Source: an uncultured Bacilli bacterium
GTDB lineage: Bacteria; Bacillota_I; Bacilli_A; RF39; UBA660
DNA: 64,000 nt
NCBI GenBank assembly: GCA_934091055.1
Contig: CAKOKN010000004.1
Location: 2,293 to 66,292, forward strand
Direction of reading: 5' to 3'
Shown: positions 38,756-48,050 of the stretch, one piece after another
How the letters are laid out: each line of letters opens with the position of its first letter
Numbering within the stretch: the first letter of the stretch is position 1
Translations under genes and position numbers: made by a program
Notes under the pieces: model-generated
The model's input: only the letters and a program-made list of their open reading frames with translations
Told to the model about the DNA's origin: nothing
Database searches by the model: none

Positions 38756-39459
38756 TATGCACCAGTTGCAGTACCAGTAATTTGTCCGTTTTCTGCTCCA
38801 ACTACATCAATTCTTACAGTACCATTAAATACTGCGCCTTGCTCAGCATCATTAGCAGCTCCTGCTTCATTAAGCCAAACAAATAGACGATATTTTTGAG
38901 TAGTTCCATTACCTGCTAAATCTAAAGTAGAATCTAAAGTAGCAGGATTTCCAACGATACCAAAGTTACCTTCGTAAGAGAAAGTTCCTTTACCAACTGA
39001 AGTTCCACTACCACCATTTGTTACATCATATAAAATAAAGTTAAGGTTAGTAAATGCTTTTTCTCCATCAGTTAATGCAGTAGGTTCAACATATGCTTTA
39101 ACTTTAACAGCACCATCACCATTATTAGTTAAAGTAAAATCATAAAAACCACATACAGTATATCCTTTATCATCACGGCAAGATACATAATTATTACCTT
39201 CAGAATCAGATTCTCCAGCAGCAGCTCTTCTAACAGTTTCTTGAGCCACAGCTTCTGTAGAAGGAATTAAGTTCTCAATAGCAATTTCTTCTCCATCATC
39301 ATATACGATTTGAACTGAAGCAGCTTTAACTTTAACAGCATCTTTATCACTTTTAGCATTTATAGAAAAGTATGCAAAAGATGCACCAATTATAGCAACA
39401 ATTAATGTAAGTACACCAATAACTCCAAAAAATATTCCTCTCTTATCTTCCTTTTCCAT
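38755..39459 (-). CDS. TasA/BsaA/camelysin-like protein with SipW-type signal peptide (paralog 1, probably abundant)
   Basis: MEKEDKRGIFFGVIGVLTLIVAIIGASFAYFSINAKSDKDAVKVKAASVQIVY. The start was moved to ATG 39459, which follows GAGAGGAG. It is Ala/Gly/Thr-rich, visibly higher in G+C than its neighbours, and has its own strong promoter and terminator. Confidence 0.6.
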   Translation of the reverse strand: MEKEDKRGIFFGVIGVLTLIVAIIGASFAYFSINAKSDKDAVKVKAASVQIVYDDGEEIAIENLIPSTEAVAQETVRRAAAGESDSEGNNYVSCRDDKGYTVCGFYDFTLTNNGDGAVKVKAYVEPTALTDGEKAFTNLNFILYDVTNGGSGTSVGKGTFSYEGNFGIVGNPATLDSTLDLAGNGTTQKYRLFVWLNEAGAANDAEQGAVFNGTVRIDVVGAENGQITGTATGA

Positions 39460-39487
39460 TACTCTTCTCCTCTCTTCTATCATAATA

Positions 39488-39516
39488 ATAATATCAAAAA
39501 AAATAGAGAAAATCAA
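39488..39516 (-). promoter_or_regulatory. Near-consensus sigma-A promoter of the 38755-39459 gene
   Basis: On the minus strand: TTGATT, a 17-nt spacer ending in TGA (extended -10), then TATTAT. Confidence 0.55.
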
Positions 39517-39561
39517 TATCTTTTCTAATTTTTTTATCAAAAGAAAAAATAGTTTATAAAA

Positions 39562-39855
39562 CTATTTTAAAAATTTAACAAATTCTTCTTTAGACATAAA
39601 GCCAGTAAATCTTTTTACTTCAGTACCACCTTTAAATAATATTATTGTAGGTATTGACATAACACCATATCTTCTAGCAATATCAGCATTATCGTCAACA
39701 TTTATTTTTACAAAGTTAATATTAAATTCATTAGATACTTCCTCAAATACTGGTCCAAACATCTTACAAGGACCACACCAAGTAGCATAAAAATCTACTA
39801 CAGCATCTGTTTCTATTAATTTATCAAAATCTTTTACATCAGTTATTAATGACAT
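39562..39855 (-). CDS. trxA: Thioredoxin
   Basis: WCGPCK active site. About 97 aa from the ATG that follows GAGG; the listed ORF begins at GTG 39864. Confidence 0.9.
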   Translation of the reverse strand: MSLITDVKDFDKLIETDAVVDFYATWCGPCKMFGPVFEEVSNEFNINFVKINVDDNADIARRYGVMSIPTIILFKGGTEVKRFTGFMSKEEFVKFLK

Positions 39856-39865
39856 CAAAATCACC

Positions 39866-40561
39866 TCACTCTAATATAGTTTTATCATTAATATGTAATT
39901 TATTCTTATCTACTAATTTTCTAGCAGACTCCTTAGTGATAACATTATTATCTATTAATATTTTAGTTATATCACTATTTAATTGTTCATCAGTTTTACT
40001 ATTCTTATTTATAACAACATCATAAACATCATCATATATATTTATCATATCCTCAGATATACCAGATAATATAGGAGTATTATTTATTATAAAATTAGCA
40101 GTTTTTGATTCTCTTACATAAGGAAGATCAAATATAGGTAAAGTTAAAACTATTAAAATAAGAAAAACATAAACATACATTTCTATAACACCTACTACTA
40201 TACCAAGTAATTTAGAAGGTATACTAAGTATAATTGTAGCTTTAAGTAACTTTTCTATAAGTCCTGTTACAGTCAAAACAACTCTTAGTACAAATAAAAG
40301 CGCCATAAATACTATAATAAAAGCTAAAGTTTCATAAAATAATATATTAATAGCATCTAATCCCTTTATAAATCCCCAGAAATTAAAAAATGGTAGATTT
40401 TCATACATAATAACAGACAAATAATTCTTTAAATAAAATGCTAAAATAACTATTATAAACATTCCAACAAAGTCAGCAGTCTTCTTGATTACCCCAGCCT
40501 TAAAGCCTCCTACTGCTCCAAAAGCCAAAGCAATTAGTATAATAATATCACAAACATTCAT
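39866..40561 (-). CDS. cvpA: CvpA-family membrane protein
   Basis: MNVCDIIILIALAFGAVGGFKAGVIK followed by four TM helices. RBS is AGGAGGAG. The stop is TGA. Confidence 0.7.
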   Translation of the reverse strand: MNVCDIIILIALAFGAVGGFKAGVIKKTADFVGMFIIVILAFYLKNYLSVIMYENLPFFNFWGFIKGLDAINILFYETLAFIIVFMALLFVLRVVLTVTGLIEKLLKATIILSIPSKLLGIVVGVIEMYVYVFLILIVLTLPIFDLPYVRESKTANFIINNTPILSGISEDMINIYDDVYDVVINKNSKTDEQLNSDITKILIDNNVITKESARKLVDKNKLHINDKTILE

Positions 40562-40623
40562 ATTTTCTCCTCCTACAATAATTATATAATAAATCCATCA
40601 AAAAAGAAAGAAAAAGATGCAAT

Positions 40624-41349
40624 TTATGCATCTTGATTTTGTGTATCATTATTTTCATTTACTACACTAAATATCATTTTATTTCCATTATAACCTTCTT
40701 TATAATGAAGTTCAAACTCTTTCCAATTTTTATCTATTTCATAAGCAATATATCCTTCAGTTTTCTTACCACTAGCAAGTGTTCCAGATAATGATTTTTG
40801 TCCATCTACATCAGAAAATGTAATTAAATTAGATACTAGATTATTATCTACATAACCATTAAAATCCATATCAGAAATATACTCTTCATCATCAGAAATA
40901 TTCTCTACCTCAAGTAAAAATACTAAATATTCCTTTCCATCTGCTGGAGTTTTAGCTAAAGCTCCCTCTCCTATAGTATCATATTTAGTCGCAGATTTTA
41001 AAGTTATTCTAAAATCATCACCTTTCAAAGTATCACCTATAGTACCTTTAGAAGTAATAACATCATCCACATAATCATCAATATAATCTTCAATTTTAAT
41101 ATCATTCTTCTCTAGATATTTAAATCCAGCAGCAGCTAACACACAAAAAGCTATAAATGGAATAATAACAACACAACCTACTACTATTAATATTATAGCC
41201 CAAGTAGGTAACCCTTTCTTCTTTTCTTGTTTCTTATTATTATTTATATTATTATTAGTGTTATTTTCCTCAACCATCTTGCCACAATTAACACAAAATC
41301 CAGCATTCTCTGGTAATTCATTACCACAATTAGTACAAAACTTTGCCAT
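40624..41349 (-). CDS. Zinc-ribbon / DUF4352-like membrane-anchored protein
   Basis: N-terminal CTNCG...CVNCG zinc ribbon, a TM helix, and an extracellular Ig-like DUF4352-type domain (GKEYLVFLLEVENIS...GYIAYEI). Confidence 0.65.
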   Translation of the reverse strand: MAKFCTNCGNELPENAGFCVNCGKMVEENNTNNNINNNKKQEKKKGLPTWAIILIVVGCVVIIPFIAFCVLAAAGFKYLEKNDIKIEDYIDDYVDDVITSKGTIGDTLKGDDFRITLKSATKYDTIGEGALAKTPADGKEYLVFLLEVENISDDEEYISDMDFNGYVDNNLVSNLITFSDVDGQKSLSGTLASGKKTEGYIAYEIDKNWKEFELHYKEGYNGNKMIFSVVNENNDTQNQDA

Positions 41350-41411
41350 ATTTATCTACTCCTCTCTACAATAATTATATAATATATTTAAGAAAAAAGA
41401 AAGTATTTTTA

Positions 41412-43967
41412 TCAAATATTTTCTTCTCTAATTTGTTCTATAATATTATGTTTCTTTATCTTACTAGCAGAATACATCATAGTAAGAAGAACTATTACAA
41501 ATACCGAAACTATAGATATAATAATAGCATTCCAAGGTATAATGATACTACTTGCACTCATCATACCAGCAAGTGAATAATGTATAAGAATAGTAACACC
41601 AATACCAACTGGTATAGCAAACACTAAAGATTTAATACCAAAGAATAAACTCTCAAAGAATAACATCTTATTAAATCCTCTCTTAGTAAGTCCTATACTT
41701 CTAAGTACAGCAAACTCTCTTCTTCTAAGTGCCATACTAGTAGATATAGTATTAAACACTGAAGTAACTCCAATCAAAGTAACAAGACTAATAAATCCAT
41801 ACATAAGTATTTTAACAACCAATATAATATTATTAGCTTCTTTCATAGCCTCATTAACATTAGTATAACTAACATTATCATAACTATCAAGTTCCTTAGT
41901 TGATTTATCTATACTATTAGTATTATCGCTTATAATATTAAATTGTGTATAATCAATCTCTCCATCAGTAATACTATCATATAATTTCTTATTAACAACA
42001 AATTTATAATCTGTAATATAAGAAAACTCTTCAATCAAATCAAAAGATTTATTAGTAATAAAAATATTATCAATATTCTTAGTACAATACTTAGTAGTAT
42101 CATTTACATCATCATCAGAAGCAAAATTACATATCTTTATAGTAATATTACCATCATTATTAATTACAGGAATATCATAATTAACTCTCTTACTATCCCC
42201 ATAACTAACACCCTTAAATCTATTAAGTAGAATAACACTATCTTTATCAAGACCAATTAACTTCTTATACTTCTCATAAGAATTATCATCTATTACTAAA
42301 ATAGAAATATTATTATATTTAGCAGTCTTTAAATCATTTAAAACCTCTTCACCAAAAGCACTCTTATAATATTTTAAATATTCATCATTATAAGTATAAT
42401 TACCTACTACCGCCAAATTACTACTACTATAAGATGTATACTCTAATACATCACTACTATTAATAATTTCATTAATTTTATCTAAAACCTCTTTATCATT
42501 ATCATTACCATTTTTAAAATAAGTAATCTGATAATCATAAGGTATTTCTCCAGCCACTTCACTAGCAGTATTTAAAGTATAATTCATATATGAAGAAAAA
42601 GATATAAATAAGACTATACTAATAAATAAACTAACTATAGTAACCCTATATTTTTTCTTATTTCTCTTTATATTTTTAAGAGCAATCTCCCCTTCTATAC
42701 CAAATAAACTATTAACTAATTTACTTGTTTTAATCTTCTTTTTATTAATCTTTATATCATCATTTTGTCTAATAGCCTCAATCGGAGATATTTTACTAGC
42801 TCTTCTAGATGGTATTAATGAAGATACAAAGATAACTATTATCATAAATATAACTGGAACAATAATAAATATTGGATTAGTAACTAAATTTAAGTTCATT
42901 TCTAAGATATCACCAATTAAATTATTAATAATAACTATAACAACTCCTATACCAACATAAGCACCAACTATACCTAATATTATACCAATAACACCCACTA
43001 TTAATGCTTCAAAAAGTACAGACGATCTTAATTGCTTCTTAGTAGTACCTATACTAGATAATAATCCAAATTCCTTCTTCCTTTCCATAACAGAAATAGC
43101 AAAAGAATTATATATAACAACTATACATCCAATACTAACTAAAGCGAGCATAATAACCATCATACTAACCATCGTTGACATAACATTACCATAAGTACTC
43201 TCACCATATAAAGCAAGTAAAGTACTATTATAAATAATGTTATCTTCATAATTTAAATCTTTAGCAAGTTCTTCAGATTGTTTAATAATCTTTTTATTCT
43301 TATTAAACATAACATATAAATTTACATTTCCCTTATTACCATTTGTATCAAGTGTAAAGAAAGAATATCCACAAGCAGAATAACTTTCAAAATTACTTCT
43401 TTCTACAATGCCAACAATCTTATAAGTCTTTTCTCCCCCTACATTAATAGTTTCACCTTCTACCAACTCATCATTAGACAAAGTAAGATTACCATCAATA
43501 TTTCTACTTCCATAAGATAATGTTATACTATCTCCAACTTTATATGAAACATCATTTTGTTCATTGATATGTTTAGAAATAATTATTTCACTATCATTCT
43601 GAGGAAATCTACCAGTAACTAATTTAAGTTCATCAAAATATGTTTTATTAACACCAGCAATATAGATATAAGGCTTATATTCATTATCAGAATCAAAAGT
43701 ACTAAAACCAATAGGTTTTTCGTAAAAGTAATCAATATTATCATTACTTATTTTATCAACATTCTCCAAAGAAACATTCTTATATAATGCTTCATATCTA
43801 CCATTATAATTAATAGTATCTCTAATCATCAAATCTTGAAAAGAAGAAAACAAAAGTCCAATTCCCACCATCAAAGCAGTAGACAATATTATACCAATAA
43901 TAGTAACAATTGTTCTCTTTTTATTTAACTTTAAATTCTTAATAGTCAACTCTTTTAAAACACTCAT
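41412..43967 (-). CDS. ABC transporter permease, FtsX/MacB-type (two 4-TM modules with large extracytoplasmic domains; YtrF-like)
   Basis: 851 aa with duplicated FtsX-type modules (...ISVMERKKEFGLLSSIGTTKKQL... and ...SMALRRREFAVLRSIGLTKRGF...). It overlaps the upstream ATPase gene. Confidence 0.85.
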   Translation of the reverse strand: MSVLKELTIKNLKLNKKRTIVTIIGIILSTALMVGIGLLFSSFQDLMIRDTINYNGRYEALYKNVSLENVDKISNDNIDYFYEKPIGFSTFDSDNEYKPYIYIAGVNKTYFDELKLVTGRFPQNDSEIIISKHINEQNDVSYKVGDSITLSYGSRNIDGNLTLSNDELVEGETINVGGEKTYKIVGIVERSNFESYSACGYSFFTLDTNGNKGNVNLYVMFNKNKKIIKQSEELAKDLNYEDNIIYNSTLLALYGESTYGNVMSTMVSMMVIMLALVSIGCIVVIYNSFAISVMERKKEFGLLSSIGTTKKQLRSSVLFEALIVGVIGIILGIVGAYVGIGVVIVIINNLIGDILEMNLNLVTNPIFIIVPVIFMIIVIFVSSLIPSRRASKISPIEAIRQNDDIKINKKKIKTSKLVNSLFGIEGEIALKNIKRNKKKYRVTIVSLFISIVLFISFSSYMNYTLNTASEVAGEIPYDYQITYFKNGNDNDKEVLDKINEIINSSDVLEYTSYSSSNLAVVGNYTYNDEYLKYYKSAFGEEVLNDLKTAKYNNISILVIDDNSYEKYKKLIGLDKDSVILLNRFKGVSYGDSKRVNYDIPVINNDGNITIKICNFASDDDVNDTTKYCTKNIDNIFITNKSFDLIEEFSYITDYKFVVNKKLYDSITDGEIDYTQFNIISDNTNSIDKSTKELDSYDNVSYTNVNEAMKEANNIILVVKILMYGFISLVTLIGVTSVFNTISTSMALRRREFAVLRSIGLTKRGFNKMLFFESLFFGIKSLVFAIPVGIGVTILIHYSLAGMMSASSIIIPWNAIIISIVSVFVIVLLTMMYSASKIKKHNIIEQIREENI

Positions 43968-44644
43968 TTTATCTTCTCATCCTTAACTATCTTACCATCT
44001 TCCAGAGTAATAATTCTTTTAGCTTCTTTAGCCAAATTAATATCATGTGTAATCATAATAATAGTTTGATGATATTTCTCATTAGAAATTTTAAGTAAAT
44101 CCATAATTTCTCTACTAGACTTAGAATCCAAATTACCTGTAGGTTCATCCGCAAGTATAATATCTGGTTTAGAAATAAGTGCCCTGCCAATAGATACTCT
44201 CTGTTGTTGTCCTCCAGATAATTCATTAGGTAAATGGTTTATTCTTCTTTCTAACCCAAGTACTTCTATAAGTTCTTTTAAATACTCTTTTGAAGGTTTC
44301 TTACCATCAAGTAATATAGGAAGTGTCATATTCTCTTCAACATTAAGTATTGGAATTAAATTATAAAATTGATAAATAAGTCCAACTTTTCTTCTTCTAA
44401 AAACTGCTAGGGCATCATCTTTTTGTTTAAAAACATCTACTCCTCCAATAATAACTTTTCCACTAGTAGGCTTATCAACAGTACCGAGTATATGAAGTAA
44501 TGTACTCTTTCCACTACCAGATGATCCAACTATAGCAACAAAGTCTCCTTCATCTACAGAAAAAGAAACATCTGATAGAGCTTTAACTAATGTTGTACCC
44601 TTACCATAATTCTTACACAAATTATTAACTTCTAATATTTTCAT
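43964..44644 (-). CDS. ABC transporter ATP-binding protein (MacB/LolD-type; YtrE-like)
   Basis: Walker A is GSSGSGKST, the signature is LSGGQQQR and Walker B is ILADEPTGNLD. Confidence 0.92.
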   Translation of the reverse strand: MKILEVNNLCKNYGKGTTLVKALSDVSFSVDEGDFVAIVGSSGSGKSTLLHILGTVDKPTSGKVIIGGVDVFKQKDDALAVFRRRKVGLIYQFYNLIPILNVEENMTLPILLDGKKPSKEYLKELIEVLGLERRINHLPNELSGGQQQRVSIGRALISKPDIILADEPTGNLDSKSSREIMDLLKISNEKYHQTIIMITHDINLAKEAKRIITLEDGKIVKDEKIK

Positions 44645-45006
44645 TTTCTTATCCTCTCTATTATTTCATCATAACTAATTCCCATTTTAGTAAGTTCATC
44701 TATTTTATTCTTTATAACTTCTATTTCTTTATTAATTTTATCATCAGTAGCTTTTTTAGTATCTGAAGATATAAAAGTTCCTTTGGTACTAATCGTAGTA
44801 ATAATCCCTCTATTTTCTAATATATCATAACTCTTTTTAACAGTATTAGGATTAATACCCAAATTACTAGCCATCTCCCTAATAGAAGGTATCTGCACTT
44901 TCTCCTTAAGTATACCAAGTGCCACATACTTCTCAATATCATTAACAATCTGTTCATATATAGGAGTTCTACTCTGATAATCCAAATTAATCATAATCTG
45001 TTTCAT
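44641..45006 (-). CDS. GntR-family transcriptional regulator, YtrA subfamily (no effector domain)
   Basis: 121 aa. The winged helix is PIYEQIVNDIEKYVALGILKEKVQIPSIREMASNLGINPNTVKKSYDILENRGII. A short helical C-terminus follows. Confidence 0.85.
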   Translation of the reverse strand: MKQIMINLDYQSRTPIYEQIVNDIEKYVALGILKEKVQIPSIREMASNLGINPNTVKKSYDILENRGIITTISTKGTFISSDTKKATDDKINKEIEVIKNKIDELTKMGISYDEIIERIRK

Positions 45007-46954
45007 CTACATTCCCTCCAGTAGTTTCAGCATCATCATATGTATCATCAGGATCACCAACAATACTCTTAAGTTCCTCAACCTTATTAGTAACAAAAAC
45101 ATTCTTTCCATAATTATCATACATAGTAATATAACTATAATCCTTATTAATATCTATCTCATCATCAATATTCTTAACTATAAATGATCCAATATCAAAA
45201 TAAGAAGTACCATAATATAAACCATTAACATAATAAGAATAAATACTATCATTACCAATCTTATCCAAATTATTCTTAGTATTATTATTATAATATTTCA
45301 ATATCTCTAAAGCCAATTCTTTATTATTACCAACATCAACATTTATACTTCTAACATTATAGTTATCATAAATATATAAAGTAACAACAAATAACTCACT
45401 ACCACTATCATTATTTCTTAATACATCACTATTCTTTTTATACTCTTCAATAATCATATTAGATAATTTATTATTATTAATACCAGTATAACCATCAGCA
45501 TAGCCAATACCAAACACTTTACTATTTCTATAATTATTTAATTCTTTAACATACTTCTTATCATTAAGTAATCTACTATTAATATAATTATAATTATCTT
45601 TAGTAGCATAAATATTAAACCTATATGTAGTTCCTTTTATATTAGTCTTTATATGATAAGTATTATAATAGTCATCTACCGGTCCATTATTCAATAAAAG
45701 AGAAACAACATAATTAATAACCTCTTTATCCTTAGTAGCACCAACCTTAACATTACCATCATCAACAAAAGTAATCTCTTTAATATCATCAGTATTAATA
45801 TTATATTCACTATCTTTTAAAAGTGAGCCTATAATAACAACTACACCAGATACAGCACCTAAACAAATAAGCATCTTAAAGAAATTAGTAACTTTCTTTC
45901 TAGTAATCAAATCATAAATAATTAAATAAGTAAATATAAGAACTAATAAAAGTATTATTGAAAAAATATCACTACTAGAAACACTAAAATTTCTAATTAT
46001 CATATATGCTACACAAACTATAGGAACAGTAGTCAAAGTCCTAACAAAAATATGTGTTCTCTCACTTCTAAATGAAGTACCAACAACCTCAAATTTCTTC
46101 TTTGCAAAAAGAATAACTCCCATAACAGTGTATAATATACTTAAAACAATCATCTTAATAATAGATACATTTATCTTAGAATCAGATTCATTACTAAGCA
46201 TAAGTTTTTCAATAAGCTCATAAGGCAAAGTATAAGTAATATTATCTATTTTAGTAACATAACCAGAATAAATATTATTCTTCTTATCAACATCACACTT
46301 TATATTATCACATTCATAAACACTAGGAACACAATCCTTAGAAGTACATTCCACTCTAGCATTAGAACCAGCACTATATTGAAATCCCCTAAAACTAATA
46401 AAAGTACTAACAAAAGGAACTAAAAATAATATAAGTAAAGTAACAACAATAGTAGTAATTTTATTTGAAGATACACTAACAGCCACATTACAAGAAGTAA
46501 ATACAAATATATAAGCAATAGAATAAATTAAAAGTACATCAAATAACATCTTATAATCAATAATAATATTACTATATATCAGACTTATAATAAGTGTAAT
46601 AACAAAATTAATAATTTGCATCAAAAGAAGTATAACTATTCCACCTATCGTATTAGTAAGAAATATTTGTTTCTTATTAATAGGCATCGACAAAGTAAAA
46701 TCAATAGATCCCTTCTTATAAATAAAATTAAACAAAGTAAGTGAAAGTATTATTGGTATAATATACATTCCAAATAACATATGTGCAGACACTTCATAAA
46801 TATTAGGCATAAGATTATTACCATCACTACAACTAACAAGTAATATAATACCACCAATTGTAGGAAGAAGCAGCATACATAAAAGAATAATAGCTCTAGA
46901 TTTCTTAATATTCTCTTTTAAATAATTAAAATTAAATAAACTTGTTAAACTCAT
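44987..46954 (-). CDS. ABC-2-type membrane protein with large C-terminal extracytoplasmic domain
   Basis: 655 aa with several N-terminal TM helices and a non-membrane C-terminal domain of about 270 aa. It overlaps both neighbouring genes. Confidence 0.6.
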   Translation of the reverse strand: MSLTSLFNFNYLKENIKKSRAIILLCMLLLPTIGGIILLVSCSDGNNLMPNIYEVSAHMLFGMYIIPIILSLTLFNFIYKKGSIDFTLSMPINKKQIFLTNTIGGIVILLLMQIINFVITLIISLIYSNIIIDYKMLFDVLLIYSIAYIFVFTSCNVAVSVSSNKITTIVVTLLILFLVPFVSTFISFRGFQYSAGSNARVECTSKDCVPSVYECDNIKCDVDKKNNIYSGYVTKIDNITYTLPYELIEKLMLSNESDSKINVSIIKMIVLSILYTVMGVILFAKKKFEVVGTSFRSERTHIFVRTLTTVPIVCVAYMIIRNFSVSSSDIFSIILLLVLIFTYLIIYDLITRKKVTNFFKMLICLGAVSGVVVIIGSLLKDSEYNINTDDIKEITFVDDGNVKVGATKDKEVINYVVSLLLNNGPVDDYYNTYHIKTNIKGTTYRFNIYATKDNYNYINSRLLNDKKYVKELNNYRNSKVFGIGYADGYTGINNNKLSNMIIEEYKKNSDVLRNNDSGSELFVVTLYIYDNYNVRSINVDVGNNKELALEILKYYNNNTKNNLDKIGNDSIYSYYVNGLYYGTSYFDIGSFIVKNIDDEIDINKDYSYITMYDNYGKNVFVTNKVEELKSIVGDPDDTYDDAETTGGNVDETDYD

Positions 46955-47828
46955 ATCCTAAAGCCTCCATTTCATAAATAAATACTTCCTCTAAAGTAAG
47001 TGGTAGATAATCAAGTATCAAAGGTTTCATCTTCTCCAATTTATTCTTACTTTTTCCATCATTATCTTTAATTATTATAGTAGCTACACTACCAGTCTTT
47101 TTAAAACTTAAAATATCAAAATCCTCAAAATCTTCCTTATCAAAATTATTTTCAAAAGATATTTGAACTTTAAACATATTAGTTTTGATAGTATCAACAT
47201 CACTCTCAAATAAAATACCGCCTTGATATAAAAGACCTAAATTATCACAAATATCTTCAAGCTCCCTAAGATTATGACTAGTCATAACAATAGTAGTATC
47301 CTTCTTATTCATTTGTTTAATAAGTATTTTCTTCATAGTATTTCTAATAACAGGATCCAATCCATCAAAAGTCTCATCAAAGAACATATAATCAGCATTA
47401 GTACAAATAGCACATATCAAAGCACATTGTCTCTTCATTCCCTTTGAAAAAGTACTAATTTTCTTATCAAGACTAAGATTTAACATACCCGCTAACTCTT
47501 TTAGATAGTTAATATCAAAATCCTTATACATAGATTGATAATATCTAGCAGTATCCATAAGTGTATACCCAGGATAAAAGAATAAATCATCTTGTACAAA
47601 AACCATCTTTTGTTTTATAATCTCATTATCATAAACTGACTCTCCAGAAACAGAAATAACACCACTATCAGCTTCATATATTCCCATAATAGTTCTAAGT
47701 AATGTACTCTTACCAGAACCATTAGCTCCTACTAAGCCATAAATAGAATTATCAAGAATAGTACAACTAAGATCTTTTAAAACATAGTCTTTTTCATATT
47801 TCTTAGATAGTTTATCTATTTTTATCAT
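46932..47828 (-). CDS. ABC transporter ATP-binding protein (YtrB-like)
   Basis: Walker A is GANGSGKST, the signature-like motif is FSKGMKRQ and Walker B is MFFDETFDGLD. Confidence 0.9.
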   Translation of the reverse strand: MIKIDKLSKKYEKDYVLKDLSCTILDNSIYGLVGANGSGKSTLLRTIMGIYEADSGVISVSGESVYDNEIIKQKMVFVQDDLFFYPGYTLMDTARYYQSMYKDFDINYLKELAGMLNLSLDKKISTFSKGMKRQCALICAICTNADYMFFDETFDGLDPVIRNTMKKILIKQMNKKDTTIVMTSHNLRELEDICDNLGLLYQGGILFESDVDTIKTNMFKVQISFENNFDKEDFEDFDILSFKKTGSVATIIIKDNDGKSKNKLEKMKPLILDYLPLTLEEVFIYEMEALGYEFNKFI

Positions 47829-47856
47829 ATAAATTCTCCTTTCACTATAATATATG

Positions 47857-47881
47857 ATTGTACTACTTGCACTAGTACAAT
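47857..47881. promoter_or_regulatory. Candidate operator of the YtrA-like GntR repressor overlapping the operon promoter
   Basis: A perfect 9-bp inverted repeat (ATTGTACTA-cttgcac-TAGTACAAT) containing the GT..AC GntR core. On the minus strand the right arm contains TACAAT, 17 nt after TTTAAT. It lies about 30-55 nt upstream of the first ATG. Confidence 0.5.
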
Positions 47882-47941
47882 TAAATCATACTATATAAAC
47901 TTTTCTTTGTCAAGAAAAAAAAGCATTTTACCAAAATAATT

Positions 47942-48008
47942 TAATCTAGAGACTTAAACCTAAGGCTCTAGATTATCTTTGAAGACAAATACAAATTTGG
48001 CTTCAAAG
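47942..48008. repeat. Two tandem hairpins, divergent members of the conserved-loop family
   Basis: TAATCTAGAG-acttaaacctaagg-CTCTAGATTA and CTTTGAAG-acaaatacaaatttgg-CTTCAAAG. Confidence 0.5.
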
Positions 48009-48011
48009 AAA

Positions 48012-48037
48012 GAGTGTGAAATAATAGGTTCACACTC
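48012..48037 (-). terminator. Intrinsic terminator of the M16 peptidase operon
   Basis: Stem GAGTGTGAA / TTCACACTC, followed on the minus strand by TTTCTTT. Confidence 0.55.
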
Positions 48038-48050
48038 CAATAACAAACAT

